From Bacteroidota bacterium (GTDB lineage: Bacteria > Bacteroidota > Rhodothermia > Rhodothermales > UBA10348), in NCBI GenBank assembly GCA_029262835.1, contig JAJCYQ010000011.1, positions 1,907 through 65,906 on the forward strand: a stretch of DNA of 64,000 nucleotides, given 5' to 3'. This document shows positions 27,755 through 38,229 of the stretch, piece by piece. Within the stretch, counting starts at the first letter, position 1. The number at the start of each line of letters is the position of its first letter. Both the position numbers and the translations under genes were made by a program. The notes beneath the pieces were generated by a model. It ran no database searches. It saw only the letters and a list, made by a program, of their open reading frames with translations, and was not told the origin of the DNA.

Positions 27755-29842
27755 ATGGGTGTAATGAACCGTCTCCGGGACAACACCGGTGTCATTCTCT
27801 GGATTCTTGTATTTGCCTTCGGCGTCATCTGGGTCCTCCAGGATTCCGGTGGCCTTGATGCCGTTGGCAACGTTGGCAACAATATCGGCAGTGTAAACGG
27901 AGACGTCATCACCGTCGAAGAGTATAACAATGCCGTCAATGCGCAGGTCCAGAGCTACTCCAACCAGGCTGGTGAGAGCATGCCACCCCAGATGCTCGAC
28001 CAGACGCGGGAGCGCGTATTCAACCAGCTCGTAGAGTCCCGCCTGCGCGAGCAGGAAATGGATCGCCTCGGCATCGCCGTCTCCGACCAGGAACTGATTG
28101 ACATGGTCCAGGGCGCGGACCCCCACCCCATTATCAAGGCCTACTTTTCCGATGGAAACGATGGTGTGGACCGGTCGCTGCTTCAGAACTTCATAGACAA
28201 CCCTGAAGCGGTACAGGACTGGATCAATATCGAGAACTACCTGCGCCAGGAACGTCGTCGTGAGAAGTTGGACAATCTGGTGGGTGCGACCGTGCGTATT
28301 TCTGATGCCGATGTCATGGAAGAACATCGGCGCCAGAACCTGACCGTGAACACCGAGTTCGTCGCGCTCCGCTACGCAGCCCTTCCCGACGACTCCATTT
28401 CCTACTCGGATCGTGATCTGCGTGCATTTTACAACGATCACAAGGACGAGTTCGCCCGGAAAAAATCGTATACTTTCTCGTACGTAACACTCTCGAAAGC
28501 ACCGACCGCCGCCGATACAGCCGCCATTTTTCGTGATGTCGAATTGCTGCGCGACGGCTTTGCGGAAACTGATGAAGACTCTCTTTTCCTGGCCCGAAAT
28601 GGATCGGAACGTCCTTGGTCAAGTGCCTACTTCCGTCCAGACGAGTTGGATGAGACCATTTCTTCTGCCGTATTCGAAAACCCAGAGCCAGGAAGCATTG
28701 TCGGACCTTTTGTTTCGGGCAACGAGGTACACCTGATCAAGGTTATAGATGTCCGCGAGCCGGAAGAACCAGCCGTAAAGGCGCGTCACATCCTGTTCCG
28801 AGCTGCGGAGGATGACGATGAAGCCAAGGCGGAAGCGCGTTCGGAAGCCAACGATGTCCGTCGCCGCATCCTGAACGGGGAAAGCTTCGAGGAAATGGCC
28901 CGCGAGTTCGGCGATGATGGCACGGCCAGCCGCGGAGGAGACCTTGGGTGGTTTGGCCCCGGCCGGATGGTGCCCGAATTTGAAGAGGCAGCCTTCGATG
29001 CTCCTATCGGACGTCTCGTCGGCCCCGTCGAAACCCAATTTGGATATCATCTCATAGAAGTCACCGACAGGGCGGAACTGGAAGCACAGATCGCCGACTT
29101 TGCCCTCGGCCTTCGCGCGAGTGCCGCCACGCTCAATGCCGCGCAGTCCGAACTGGATGATCTCCAGTTCTTCTCAACCGAGGAAGGCAGCTTTGATGAA
29201 GAGGCCGAACGCCGCGAACTGGCCATCCAGACGGTCAGCGTCGAGGACGGGCAGCAGTTCGTTCCCGGTCTTGGCAACAGTCGCTCGCTGCAGCTCTTTC
29301 TGGAGGCCGCTGAGCCCGGCGCGGTATCCGAGGTCATCGAACTCAACGATGTGTTCCTGGTAGCGCGTCTCAATGAAGTGACTCCAGAAGGCTTCCGCGA
29401 GTTCGAGGATGTCAAAACCCAACTGGAGCCTCGCCTGCGCAATCAACTCAAGGCTGAAATCCAGGTGGAGCGCTTGCAAAAGGCATTGGACACCAACGGG
29501 TTTGACGGGCTCGGAAGCGCCGTGAACGCACCCCAGCGGACCGCAGAAGGCATCGGGTTTTCCAACATGGTCATCCCCGGCCTCGGTCGGGACCCGAATT
29601 TCGTTGGAACGGCTGTCGGGATGTCTGAGGGTGAGGTCAGTGGAGTACTCCGTGGCGAAGCGGCTGCCTACGTACTGCGCGTGACATCGCTCACGGAGCC
29701 CACGCCGCTTACACCATCCGAAATCCAGAACATGAAGGAGCGCATGATTGCGCAGCGACGCAACCAGGTTCGCCAGCAGTGGATTTCCACGCTCCGCGAA
29801 TCGGCTGACATTGACGACAACCGCCGCGTGTTTCTGCAGTAG
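27755..29842 (+). CDS. ppiD: periplasmic chaperone / peptidyl-prolyl isomerase, PpiD-like
   Basis: N-terminal TM anchor (GVILWILVFAFGVIWVL), SurA-N-like region, and a parvulin domain (ARHILF..., GGDLGWFGPGRMVPEFEEAAF, FGYHLIEV). Start at ATG 27755. Confidence 0.85.
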   Translation: MGVMNRLRDNTGVILWILVFAFGVIWVLQDSGGLDAVGNVGNNIGSVNGDVITVEEYNNAVNAQVQSYSNQAGESMPPQMLDQTRERVFNQLVESRLREQEMDRLGIAVSDQELIDMVQGADPHPIIKAYFSDGNDGVDRSLLQNFIDNPEAVQDWINIENYLRQERRREKLDNLVGATVRISDADVMEEHRRQNLTVNTEFVALRYAALPDDSISYSDRDLRAFYNDHKDEFARKKSYTFSYVTLSKAPTAADTAAIFRDVELLRDGFAETDEDSLFLARNGSERPWSSAYFRPDELDETISSAVFENPEPGSIVGPFVSGNEVHLIKVIDVREPEEPAVKARHILFRAAEDDDEAKAEARSEANDVRRRILNGESFEEMAREFGDDGTASRGGDLGWFGPGRMVPEFEEAAFDAPIGRLVGPVETQFGYHLIEVTDRAELEAQIADFALGLRASAATLNAAQSELDDLQFFSTEEGSFDEEAERRELAIQTVSVEDGQQFVPGLGNSRSLQLFLEAAEPGAVSEVIELNDVFLVARLNEVTPEGFREFEDVKTQLEPRLRNQLKAEIQVERLQKALDTNGFDGLGSAVNAPQRTAEGIGFSNMVIPGLGRDPNFVGTAVGMSEGEVSGVLRGEAAAYVLRVTSLTEPTPLTPSEIQNMKERMIAQRRNQVRQQWISTLRESADIDDNRRVFLQ

Positions 29843-29859
29843 TCACCGGAATTCAGCAC

Positions 29860-30690
29860 TCAAACCGCCAGATTCAGCGTTCCGCGGTAAATGACGCGGG
29901 CTTCGCCCTCGAGGGCAAGCTCGTCGGGTACGAGCGGATCTCCTGCCGCGTGCACGCGCAGTGTTCCGCCCGGCATCTCGACATTGACCGTGGGACCGGA
30001 GACATAACCAGCATGCATGGCTACCAGGGCTGAAGCCAATGCGCCAGTCCCACAAGCCAACGTCTCGGCTTCCACGCCCTTCTCCCATGTGCGCACACGC
30101 AGCGTGCCGGGGCCTTCGACCTCGACAAAGTCTACATTTGCGCCAGCATCTCCAAGATCCGGGGCATGCCGCATGAGGGGACCGGCGTGCGATATGTCGA
30201 GCATGGTGACCGTCGGCACGAAGACGACGACGTGCTCAGTTCCGGTCCAGATGTATGTGCCCTGTTCAAAGCCTGACGCCTCTGGCATGGCAACGTGCAG
30301 CCTGAAGTCCCGCGGCGCCGGCACGTGCAGGCGTACGCTGTCGGGGCCGGTGACGTGCGCCGAATACGAGCCCGCGTCGCTGTCGAAGACCAGTCGGGAT
30401 CCATCCATCCCGGAAAGAGCAGCAAACTGAACAAGACAACGGGCTCCGTTACCACACATCGTACCACGTGAACCATCGGCATTGAAGTATCGCATGCGGA
30501 AATCGACACCTGGAGATGCATTGAGTGCCAGCACACCATCGGCGCCAACCGCCGTCCGGCGTGGACACCATGTTCTGGCCACTTCGGACAGCTCATCGTC
30601 ACTGAATTGGTAAAACCGGTTGTCAATAACAATGAAGTCATTTCCGGCGCCAGTCATTTTCGTAAATTCCACCACAAGGGTGCCTGTCAT
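29860..30690 (-). CDS. dapF: diaminopimelate epimerase
   Basis: EFTKMTGAGNDFIVID, catalytic Cys motifs CGNGARC and ACGTGA. Confidence 0.93.
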   Translation of the reverse strand: MTGTLVVEFTKMTGAGNDFIVIDNRFYQFSDDELSEVARTWCPRRTAVGADGVLALNASPGVDFRMRYFNADGSRGTMCGNGARCLVQFAALSGMDGSRLVFDSDAGSYSAHVTGPDSVRLHVPAPRDFRLHVAMPEASGFEQGTYIWTGTEHVVVFVPTVTMLDISHAGPLMRHAPDLGDAGANVDFVEVEGPGTLRVRTWEKGVEAETLACGTGALASALVAMHAGYVSGPTVNVEMPGGTLRVHAAGDPLVPDELALEGEARVIYRGTLNLAV

Positions 30691-30736
30691 AGCGTACTCC
30701 CTTCTATTCGTACCTGTTAAACCATGATACTTTCAT

Positions 30737-31702
30737 TTGGCCGATAAACGCATCCACATAGACAAAGCCGAACCGCTTCTTCTCTTCGGCTTCAACGATA
30801 TCTATCTGCGCCGCATCGAGGCGGCCTTTCCGGAAACCCAAATTACGGCCAGGGGCACTGAGGTCATACTGCGTGGCCAGGATGATGCCCTCATACGTAT
30901 TGAGCGCATTCTGGACGAACTTGTCATCCTTCTCAATCGCAATGGCAACCTGACAGAGCGGGATGTAGATACCGTGCTCGCGCTGTTCCAGAACGGTGCC
31001 GACCCCGCTACCCAAGCCGATGCATCGCTCGGTTCCACATCCCACACCATTCTCTTCACCCCCTCCGGCGGCAGCGTCAAGGCTAAAACAGCGAACCAGA
31101 TCAAACTCGTCGACTCTGCACGTCGGAACGACATTGTTTTCGCCATCGGACCCGCTGGAACAGGAAAAACATATACCGCCGTAGCACTCGCAGTGGCCGC
31201 ACTGAAATCGCGCCAGGTAAAACGGATCGTGTTGTGTCGACCAGCCGTCGAAGCCGGTGAGCGTCTCGGCTTCCTGCCCGGTGACCTGCGGGACAAGGTA
31301 GACCCCTACCTTCGACCGCTCTATGACGCCCTTGAGGATATGCTGCCCCGTGACAAGCTGAAGGGATTCATGGAGCAGAATACCGTCGAAATCGTGCCCC
31401 TGGCCTATATGCGTGGTCGTACACTCAATTCCGCATTTGTCATTCTGGATGAGGCGCAGAATGCCACCACGTCGCAGATGAAGATGTTTCTGACACGCTT
31501 GGGCGCGAACAGCCGATCTATCGTGACAGGCGACGTGACGCAGACCGACCTGCCACCCAAGGAACTTTCTGGCCTCGTGCAGGCCGAGGAAATCCTTGGA
31601 TCCATCCAGGGTATTGATTTCGTCTACTTCAACCAGAGCGACGTCGTCCGTCATAGACTGGTGAAAGACATCATCAACGCGTATTCGTCACGCCCACAGT
31701 AG
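30737..31702 (+). CDS. phoH: PhoH-family ATPase
   Basis: Walker A GPAGTGKTYTAVA, RPAVEAGERLGFLPGD, ILDEAQN, GDVTQTDLP. TTG start as in the ORF track. Confidence 0.9.
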   Translation: MADKRIHIDKAEPLLLFGFNDIYLRRIEAAFPETQITARGTEVILRGQDDALIRIERILDELVILLNRNGNLTERDVDTVLALFQNGADPATQADASLGSTSHTILFTPSGGSVKAKTANQIKLVDSARRNDIVFAIGPAGTGKTYTAVALAVAALKSRQVKRIVLCRPAVEAGERLGFLPGDLRDKVDPYLRPLYDALEDMLPRDKLKGFMEQNTVEIVPLAYMRGRTLNSAFVILDEAQNATTSQMKMFLTRLGANSRSIVTGDVTQTDLPPKELSGLVQAEEILGSIQGIDFVYFNQSDVVRHRLVKDIINAYSSRPQ

Positions 31703-31722
31703 CGTGCCGTTCCAAAGGCTTC

Positions 31723-32115
31723 TCACGCCGGAGCATATTCCGGATTGTCGACCCGGAGATCCCTTATTTCGCGCGGGTCGTTCTTTTCATCTACAAGCAC
31801 CACACGGGCCACGTGCTGCTTGGCCTCCTGGGGCGTCATACGCGCGTAGGCAATGACAATGACCTCATCTCCGACCGCCGCATGGCGCGCAGCGGGCCCG
31901 TTGAGGCAGATTGTCCGCGAGCCGGCTTCCGCAGGGATTGTATAGGTCTCGAATCGTGCCCCGTTATTGACGTTGACTACCTGTACTTTCTCGTACGGAA
32001 GGATCCCCGCTGCGGAGAGCAGTTCCTCGTCGATGGTGATGGAACCTTCGTAGTACAACTCCGCCTGCGTCACGCGGACGCGATGGAGTTTGGCGCGAAA
32101 CATGGTAACCTGCAT
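31723..32115 (-). CDS. panD: aspartate 1-decarboxylase
   Basis: [29 protein letters not shown] (self-processing G-S site), collinear with E. coli PanD. Confidence 0.93.
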   Translation of the reverse strand: MQVTMFRAKLHRVRVTQAELYYEGSITIDEELLSAAGILPYEKVQVVNVNNGARFETYTIPAEAGSRTICLNGPAARHAAVGDEVIVIAYARMTPQEAKQHVARVVLVDEKNDPREIRDLRVDNPEYAPA

Positions 32116-32178
32116 GAGCGGCATGGTGTGATTGCTCGTGCTCCTATCACATAGGGCCGTGAAGGTTTCAACCCGTAC

Positions 32179-33030
32179 CTATGGTACGGTAACGAGCGCA
32201 TTGTCAATGAGTCGGGCCGAACCGAAATGGACGGCGACGGCAGCCAGCACCTCCATGCCCGATGTCAATTCATTGACCGGCATGAGAAGCGATGTATCTA
32301 CAATGCTGGCATAGTCCATGCGCGTTCCTTCCAGTTCCTGACGCATTACTCTCTCAATAGCGTCTACGCGCCGCTCACCACCCAGAATGCACGCCCTCGC
32401 CGACTGGACAGCAGCATATAGGGCACGAGCCCTGTACCGATCTTCCTCCGACAGGTACCGGTTGCGCGAAGACAGGGCGAGTCCATCTTGTTCGCGCACG
32501 GTCGGTACGCCTACGAGGCGTGTAGCAAAGCCCATGTCTTCCGTCATGCGTCTGAGTATAAAAAACTGCTGGGCATCTTTCATTCCGAACACGGCGACAT
32601 CGGGCTGAACCATGGCCAGAAGCCGCGCGACGACCGTAACCACGCCCCTGAAATGGCCTTGCCGGCTGGCACCACAGAGCGTCCGATCCATTCCCTCCAC
32701 ATCCACCCATGTTCTGTTGGGCCACGCAGGGTAGACTTCGCTCGGCCCAGGAGCGAACACGCACGATGCCAGCCCCTGCGCCTTCAGCATGTCCACGTCC
32801 GAGGAAACATTCCGGGGATAGGCATCGAAATCCTCATTCGGACCGAACTGGGTCGGGTTGACAAAAATGGACACCACCACCTGGTCAGCCTCCTGGGCAG
32901 CGCATTCAACCAGGGCCAGGTGTCCCTCGTGCAGTGCGCCCATGGTTGGCACGAGGGCTGTCGTGGCTCCCGCACGCTTCCATTCGCGGACGCGGCCCTG
33001 TATGTCCGCTTTCGTTTCAATCTGAATCAT
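32179..33030 (-). CDS. panC: pantoate--beta-alanine ligase
   Basis: VPTMGALHEGHLAL, VSIFVNPTQFGPNEDF, FGMKDAQQ. Confidence 0.94.
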   Translation of the reverse strand: MIQIETKADIQGRVREWKRAGATTALVPTMGALHEGHLALVECAAQEADQVVVSIFVNPTQFGPNEDFDAYPRNVSSDVDMLKAQGLASCVFAPGPSEVYPAWPNRTWVDVEGMDRTLCGASRQGHFRGVVTVVARLLAMVQPDVAVFGMKDAQQFFILRRMTEDMGFATRLVGVPTVREQDGLALSSRNRYLSEEDRYRARALYAAVQSARACILGGERRVDAIERVMRQELEGTRMDYASIVDTSLLMPVNELTSGMEVLAAVAVHFGSARLIDNALVTVP

Positions 33031-33118
33031 TCGGCAAGGTACAATCTTCAGAAAAGATCAACACGCAGACCCGGTGCCAGCGAGTACATTTCCTGTTCAC
33101 ATCATACAGGAAGCAGCC

Positions 33119-34525
33119 ATGGCCAACAGTAATTTTCGAATTGAGAAAGATTCTCTTGGGGACGTCCACGTACCCGTCGATGCATGGTATGCCGCGCAGA
33201 CGCAACGCGCTCTGGAAAACTTCCCGATCTCAGGTATCCGTTTCCCTCGTCGATTCATTGAAGCACTGGCTATTATAAAATCGGCGGCGGCGCAGGCGAA
33301 CAATGAGCTGGGCCTCCTTCCTGAAGATCGGATGGATGCCATTGTCCAGGCAGCTGAAAGCGTTCAGAACGGCGATCACGATGTTGAGTTCGTGCTCGAC
33401 ATCTTCCAGACCGGGTCCGGCACATCGACAAATATGAACACCAACGAAGTCATTGCCAACCTGGCAAGCGTGGCTCTCGGCGGAGATCGGGGCAGCAAAA
33501 TGGTGCACCCGAACGATGACGTCAACATGTCCCAGTCCTCGAATGATGTCATTCCAACGGCCATGCATGTGGCCGCTACCCTTGCCATCAAACAGGAGCT
33601 CTTCCCCGCACTGAAGGCGTTCGTCGCCTCGCTTCGAGACAAGGCGGAAGCTTTCGATGATGTCGTAAAATCAGGGCGTACGCACCTTATGGATGCCACG
33701 CCGGTCCGGCTCGGTCAGGAGTTTGCTGGATGGGCCACCCAGCTTGAAAAAGCAGTTCGGCGGCTCGACGCGGCCGTAGAAGACCTTTCAGAGCTTGCGC
33801 TGGGAGGAACCGCAACCGGAACAGGTATCAATTGCCCTCCCGGGTTTTCCTCGGCAGCGATTGACAACATTGGACGCATGACCGCGCACCCTTTCCGGGA
33901 AGCCGAGAATCATTTCGAAGCCCAGGCTGCCAAGGATGCCTACGTACATGCATCGGGTGTCCTCAACACTCTGGCTACGTCCCTGATGAAGATTGCGAAC
34001 GATATCCGGCACCTGTCGTCCGGCCCCACGTCGGGACTCGCCGAAATCCGGTTGCCAGCCATCCAACCTGGATCATCCATCATGCCCGGGAAAGTCAACC
34101 CCGTACAGAGCGAGGCCATGATGATGGTCTGCGCGCGCGTCATGGGGAATCATGTGACCGTCACGGTAGGCGGGCAGCACGGTAATTTTGAGTTGAACGT
34201 GATGATGCCGGTCATGGCTCACGCCATGCTGGAGAGTATTTCCATTCTCTCGGGTACGCTTAACGCCTTTCGGACGAAGTGCCTGGACGGTATCGAGGCT
34301 GACCGCGAGCGGTGCCGCGAGCTCCTGGAACTGAATCCATCCATAGCGACCGCACTGAACCGGGAAATCGGGTACGACCAGGCCTCAAAAGTAGCCAAAA
34401 AAAGCGCCGCAGAACGGAAATCCGTGCGAGACGTCGTCCTGGAAATGGGTCTTATGGATGAGCACAAACTGAATGAAGTGCTTGACGTCAGACATATGAC
34501 CGAACCCGGCATTCCGGGAGCCTGA
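33119..34525 (+). CDS. fumC: class II fumarate hydratase
   Basis: FRIEKDSLG..., TGSGTSTNMN, and the GSSIMPGKVNPVQSEA signature. Start at ATG 33119. Confidence 0.95.
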   Translation: MANSNFRIEKDSLGDVHVPVDAWYAAQTQRALENFPISGIRFPRRFIEALAIIKSAAAQANNELGLLPEDRMDAIVQAAESVQNGDHDVEFVLDIFQTGSGTSTNMNTNEVIANLASVALGGDRGSKMVHPNDDVNMSQSSNDVIPTAMHVAATLAIKQELFPALKAFVASLRDKAEAFDDVVKSGRTHLMDATPVRLGQEFAGWATQLEKAVRRLDAAVEDLSELALGGTATGTGINCPPGFSSAAIDNIGRMTAHPFREAENHFEAQAAKDAYVHASGVLNTLATSLMKIANDIRHLSSGPTSGLAEIRLPAIQPGSSIMPGKVNPVQSEAMMMVCARVMGNHVTVTVGGQHGNFELNVMMPVMAHAMLESISILSGTLNAFRTKCLDGIEADRERCRELLELNPSIATALNREIGYDQASKVAKKSAAERKSVRDVVLEMGLMDEHKLNEVLDVRHMTEPGIPGA

Positions 34526-34560
34526 GCCTTTCCATGCTCTCCAGACGGTGACGGCTCCCG

Positions 34561-35004
34561 TCATTCAGGAATTCCAGTCAGGTTTTCAAGTTCGGATACC
34601 TGCCATAAGCCGCGCTCAGGCGTGACGCTTCGAACGCGCGCGACCATGTCTGGCTCAATGGGCCCAGCGTCATTTTCGAAAGACGACCGCACGAAAGTAA
34701 GGACGGTTGCGACCTGGGCGTCCGTCAGGAAGCGGTGGGGTGTCATTACATTATTATAGGTTTCCCCAGCCACCACGATGGGCCCCTGCATACCGCGAAG
34801 GACGAGCCGTATGAGCCGTCCCTCATCTCCCTGCACCCATTCGCTGTCCGTGAGCGGTGGGAACGCGCCGTGGACTCCCCTTCCATCGGCCTGGTGGCAG
34901 TTCGAGCAGTAGGCCGCGTACAGCGCTTCACCCGACTCGGGCGAAGATTTCGCGGCACAGCCTGCCAGAAGCAACAGGGCAACAAGTCCAACAGGAATTT
35001 TCAT
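34561..35004 (-). CDS. class I c-type cytochrome lipoprotein
   Basis: 147 aa from ATG 35004. Lipobox LLLAGC, haem site CSNCH, distal Met region NNVMTPH. Confidence 0.85.
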   Translation of the reverse strand: MKIPVGLVALLLLAGCAAKSSPESGEALYAAYCSNCHQADGRGVHGAFPPLTDSEWVQGDEGRLIRLVLRGMQGPIVVAGETYNNVMTPHRFLTDAQVATVLTFVRSSFENDAGPIEPDMVARVRSVTPERGLWQVSELENLTGIPE

Positions 35005-35489
35005 ATCAGCGTGATGGGATCTCCGGTGCGCATGGTGCCGCCCTCGAGGACGACGAACAGTGCACCACGGGTATTCGTGGCAAGAACCGCGCGGCGAGCG
35101 TCTTCGGAAATACGCCGTGCGAACAGTGAACACGGCCGGTGCATACCGGATGTCCGCTCAAGGACAGCACTACCAATCTCAATCCGGTCACCCGCCTGCA
35201 GGCGCCGAAGGTCGAGGCCGCGCGTTATCAGATTATCCCCCGGGACAGCCAGATCAGCCCCGAGCGCCTCCAACACTTCAGCTGCCATGGCCGTCACCTC
35301 CCGGCCCGCCACCGGTTTTCCTTTCCACCAGGATACACGATTGTGGTTGCCCACAACGCCCACCCCCGGCTCGACCTGTACCGTGTCGGCAAGGACGTGG
35401 ACGCCCGGCGCTGGCTTCTCAATGAGTACGTCGACGAGAGAGTCCGTGCCGTAGTGGAGGCGTGCGAGCAGGGATTCCAGATCTGTCAT
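35001..35489 (-). CDS. MOSC-domain protein
   Basis: 162 aa. PGDNLITRGLDL..., IGSAVLERTSGMHRPCSLF (conserved Cys), FVVLEGGTMRTGDPI. Its stop overlaps the cytochrome c start by 4 nt. Confidence 0.8.
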   Translation of the reverse strand: MTDLESLLARLHYGTDSLVDVLIEKPAPGVHVLADTVQVEPGVGVVGNHNRVSWWKGKPVAGREVTAMAAEVLEALGADLAVPGDNLITRGLDLRRLQAGDRIEIGSAVLERTSGMHRPCSLFARRISEDARRAVLATNTRGALFVVLEGGTMRTGDPITLI

Positions 35490-35580
35490 ATGGCCTTGCG
35501 TTTCCGTGCACCGTACCTTTAAAAGCGTTCAGGCATCCGCCTCTCGGACAGATGACCCTTCGAATATACCTGCCGAAAAC

Positions 35581-36033
35581 ATGTCACTGCGCGCTGTACA
35601 CGAGATATTCGAAGAAATAAAGCACTTGGACGCATCGGACAGGGCGGTCCGGGCCACCATGCGCGTCTTCTTTGTACTGGGGCTCGTCGTTTCCGTGTGG
35701 TGGAACTGGACGCTGGACGCGTGGACCGTCCCCGTACCCTGGATACCTGCCGCTGTGGGCTCGCTGCTCTGGGGCATCGCGGCCATGGCTCCTGCCCTCG
35801 CTCGTCCCTTTCACAGACTGTGGATGGCATTTGCAGTCGTACTGGGCTTTTTCATGACGCGCGTCATCCTCTTCGTTGTCTTCTTCGGCCTTGTCGCTCC
35901 CATTGGTATCGTGATGCGACTTGCCGGACGGGACCCCCTTGACCGGAATCCCACACGAAGGGCCAATTCCTGGTGGATACGGCGCCCCGCGCCCGAATTA
36001 CCCTCCCAGGAGCGACTGAAACGTCTTTTCTGA
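35581..36033 (+). CDS. small integral membrane protein (SxtJ-like, tentative)
   Basis: 150 aa from ATG 35581, ~3 TM. LWMAFAVVLGFFMTRVILFVVFFGLVAPIGIVMRLAGRDPL resembles the SxtJ-family pattern from memory only. Confidence 0.55.
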   Translation: MSLRAVHEIFEEIKHLDASDRAVRATMRVFFVLGLVVSVWWNWTLDAWTVPVPWIPAAVGSLLWGIAAMAPALARPFHRLWMAFAVVLGFFMTRVILFVVFFGLVAPIGIVMRLAGRDPLDRNPTRRANSWWIRRPAPELPSQERLKRLF

Positions 36034-36054
36034 CGTCCGGGCTGCTACCTACTC

Positions 36055-38229
36055 TCAGACATCCCAGGGCGCATCGGCCTCCTGCATCCGCTGCTCGGCC
36101 CGGTCCATAAGCAGCTGCTGGAGCCCATAAATCGGGGCGTCCTCATCCGGTGGAACGCGTAGCAGATAGCGCCCGTCCGGCTGCAACTCCCACGCTGACG
36201 CAGCATCTTCCAGCGCAAACTCAAGCGTCCGCAGCAGACGGGAGCGAATGGCCGGTATGTCAATTTCAAGTACCACCTCGACCCGGTCTTCAAGATTTCG
36301 GCGCTGCCAGTCGGCGCTGCCAATAAAGACGCGCGGATTTCCGTTGTTGTGAAACGCGTAAATACGACTGTGTTCGAGGAAGCGCCCGAGAATACTGATG
36401 ACCCGGATGTTTTCAGAGTAGCGCTTCAGCCCGGGACGCAGGCGGCAGTGACCACGCACCACAAGATCTATCTGGACGCCCGCCGCGCTCGCCTTATATA
36501 ATTCCTGGATGATATCAAGGTCATCCAACGCATTCATCTTGGCGACAATACGGCCGTTGCCATGCTCCTTCTGCGTGCGCACTTCTTCCCGGATGAGTCG
36601 GATGAACGTCTCGCGCATGTCACGCGGGGCGACAACGAGACGCTTGTATCGCTGCTGTGGGGCGTAACCCGTCAGGTAGTGGAACAGGTTGATCACATCC
36701 GCACCAATGTCGCGGGCGCTCGTAAAGAGACCGCAGTCCGTGTACAGCCGGGCCGTAGTCGGGTTGTAATTACCTGTTCCGATGTGACAATACGTCTGCA
36801 GGCCGGCCGGCTCTTCGCGCACGACGAGGGTCGTCTTCGAATGGGTTTTGAGTCCTACAAGGCCGTACGTGACGTGCACTCCTGCCTGCTCCAGCTTCTG
36901 TCCCCACTCGATGTTGTTCTTCTCATCGAACCGCGCCTTCACTTCTATTAGAACGGCCACCTGCTTGCCCCGATCGGCTGCCCGCACGAGGGCTTTTACG
37001 ATCGGCGATTCGTCGGATGTCCGGTAAAGCGTCTGTTTGATAGCCACCACATCCGGATCATCGGCGGCTTCCTCAAGGAACCGCAGAACGCTGGCCGAGA
37101 ACGACTCGTACGGATGATGTACCAGCAGGTCTCCGCGTTTGATGATCTCGAACATGTTCAGCCTGTCGCCTGTCTCCCCTTCATGCAGAAGCCGCGCCGG
37201 CGTGATCGGGCTCCATACGTCAAACTGGTGCCCTGGCCGGTGAAGGTTGGCCAGGTATGATGTGCCAGTCAGGTCAAGCGCGCCATCTACACGGTACAGG
37301 TCATCGTCCTGTAACCCGAGTTCTCTCATAAGCAGATTACAGACGTCGCCGGGCATAGAGTTCTCGACCTCGAGTCGGACGATAGGCGCGAAACGACGCT
37401 CCCGAAGCTCGTCAGAGATCATGGATATGAGATCGTCCGCCTCCTCTTCCTCGCGTTCAATATCGGCGTTCCGCGTGATACGGAAGGCGTATGTCCCTAC
37501 GACATCCATGCCACGAAAGAGCGAGCCGATATTGTGACGGATCAGATCTTCAACAGGCAAAAATGATATACCATCCGAAAGTGGCAGGAAGCGACCACGT
37601 GTGGAGGGCACTTTCAGACGTGCAAAATGCTCGGTCGATCGACCCGGATGCCGTAGTACAACGGCAAGCGAGAGGCTCAGGTTTGAAATGAATGGGAACG
37701 GGTGACCAGGATCGACCGCGAGCGGCGTCAACACGGGGAAAATGTGCTCCTCGAACCAGTCATCGGCCTCCTTCTGCTGTTCCGCATCCAGTTCATCATA
37801 GGCTCTGACAAACACATCGGCCGAGCGTAATGCCGGCCGCACATCACGCTCCCACGTCTCGCAGAGCATGTCACTCATGACGGCGACCGCCTCCCTGGCA
37901 ATCCGGAGTTGTTCTTCGGGCGTCCGTCCGTCGGGCGACAGGCGCTGTACACCAGCGGCGGCCTGCCGCTTGAGACCACCCACACGTTTGCGGAAGAACT
38001 CATCCAGGTTCGACGCGGTGATGGACAGATAGCGGGCCCGCTCAAGCACAGGCACGCGACCGTCCCGGGCCTGGTGCAGAACACGCCAATTGAAATCCAA
38101 CCAACTCATTTCCCGGTTCAGGTACAGCCGGTGGTCACTGGCAGATACCCGCTGAGGGACGGGCCGGGGCCGCGTGGCACAGGGCACAACATCTTTCAGT
38201 GTATAGTCCTTGCTGATTGAAGTAGGCAT
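36055..38229 (-). CDS. ppk1: polyphosphate kinase 1
   Basis: 724 aa. YLNREMSWLDFNWRVL, SNLDEFFRKRV, autophosphorylated-His region KTHSKT, two PLD-like HKD modules. Confidence 0.95.
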   Translation of the reverse strand: MPTSISKDYTLKDVVPCATRPRPVPQRVSASDHRLYLNREMSWLDFNWRVLHQARDGRVPVLERARYLSITASNLDEFFRKRVGGLKRQAAAGVQRLSPDGRTPEEQLRIAREAVAVMSDMLCETWERDVRPALRSADVFVRAYDELDAEQQKEADDWFEEHIFPVLTPLAVDPGHPFPFISNLSLSLAVVLRHPGRSTEHFARLKVPSTRGRFLPLSDGISFLPVEDLIRHNIGSLFRGMDVVGTYAFRITRNADIEREEEEADDLISMISDELRERRFAPIVRLEVENSMPGDVCNLLMRELGLQDDDLYRVDGALDLTGTSYLANLHRPGHQFDVWSPITPARLLHEGETGDRLNMFEIIKRGDLLVHHPYESFSASVLRFLEEAADDPDVVAIKQTLYRTSDESPIVKALVRAADRGKQVAVLIEVKARFDEKNNIEWGQKLEQAGVHVTYGLVGLKTHSKTTLVVREEPAGLQTYCHIGTGNYNPTTARLYTDCGLFTSARDIGADVINLFHYLTGYAPQQRYKRLVVAPRDMRETFIRLIREEVRTQKEHGNGRIVAKMNALDDLDIIQELYKASAAGVQIDLVVRGHCRLRPGLKRYSENIRVISILGRFLEHSRIYAFHNNGNPRVFIGSADWQRRNLEDRVEVVLEIDIPAIRSRLLRTLEFALEDAASAWELQPDGRYLLRVPPDEDAPIYGLQQLLMDRAEQRMQEADAPWDV

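Noticed and set aside
30740-30747. GCCGATAA, identical to the sigma-28 -10 consensus, with a TAAA upstream
   Set aside because: The spacer from TAAA is 18 nt rather than 15. The octamer is itself codons 1-3 of phoH (TTG GCC GAT AAA), so it is most likely a coincidence.
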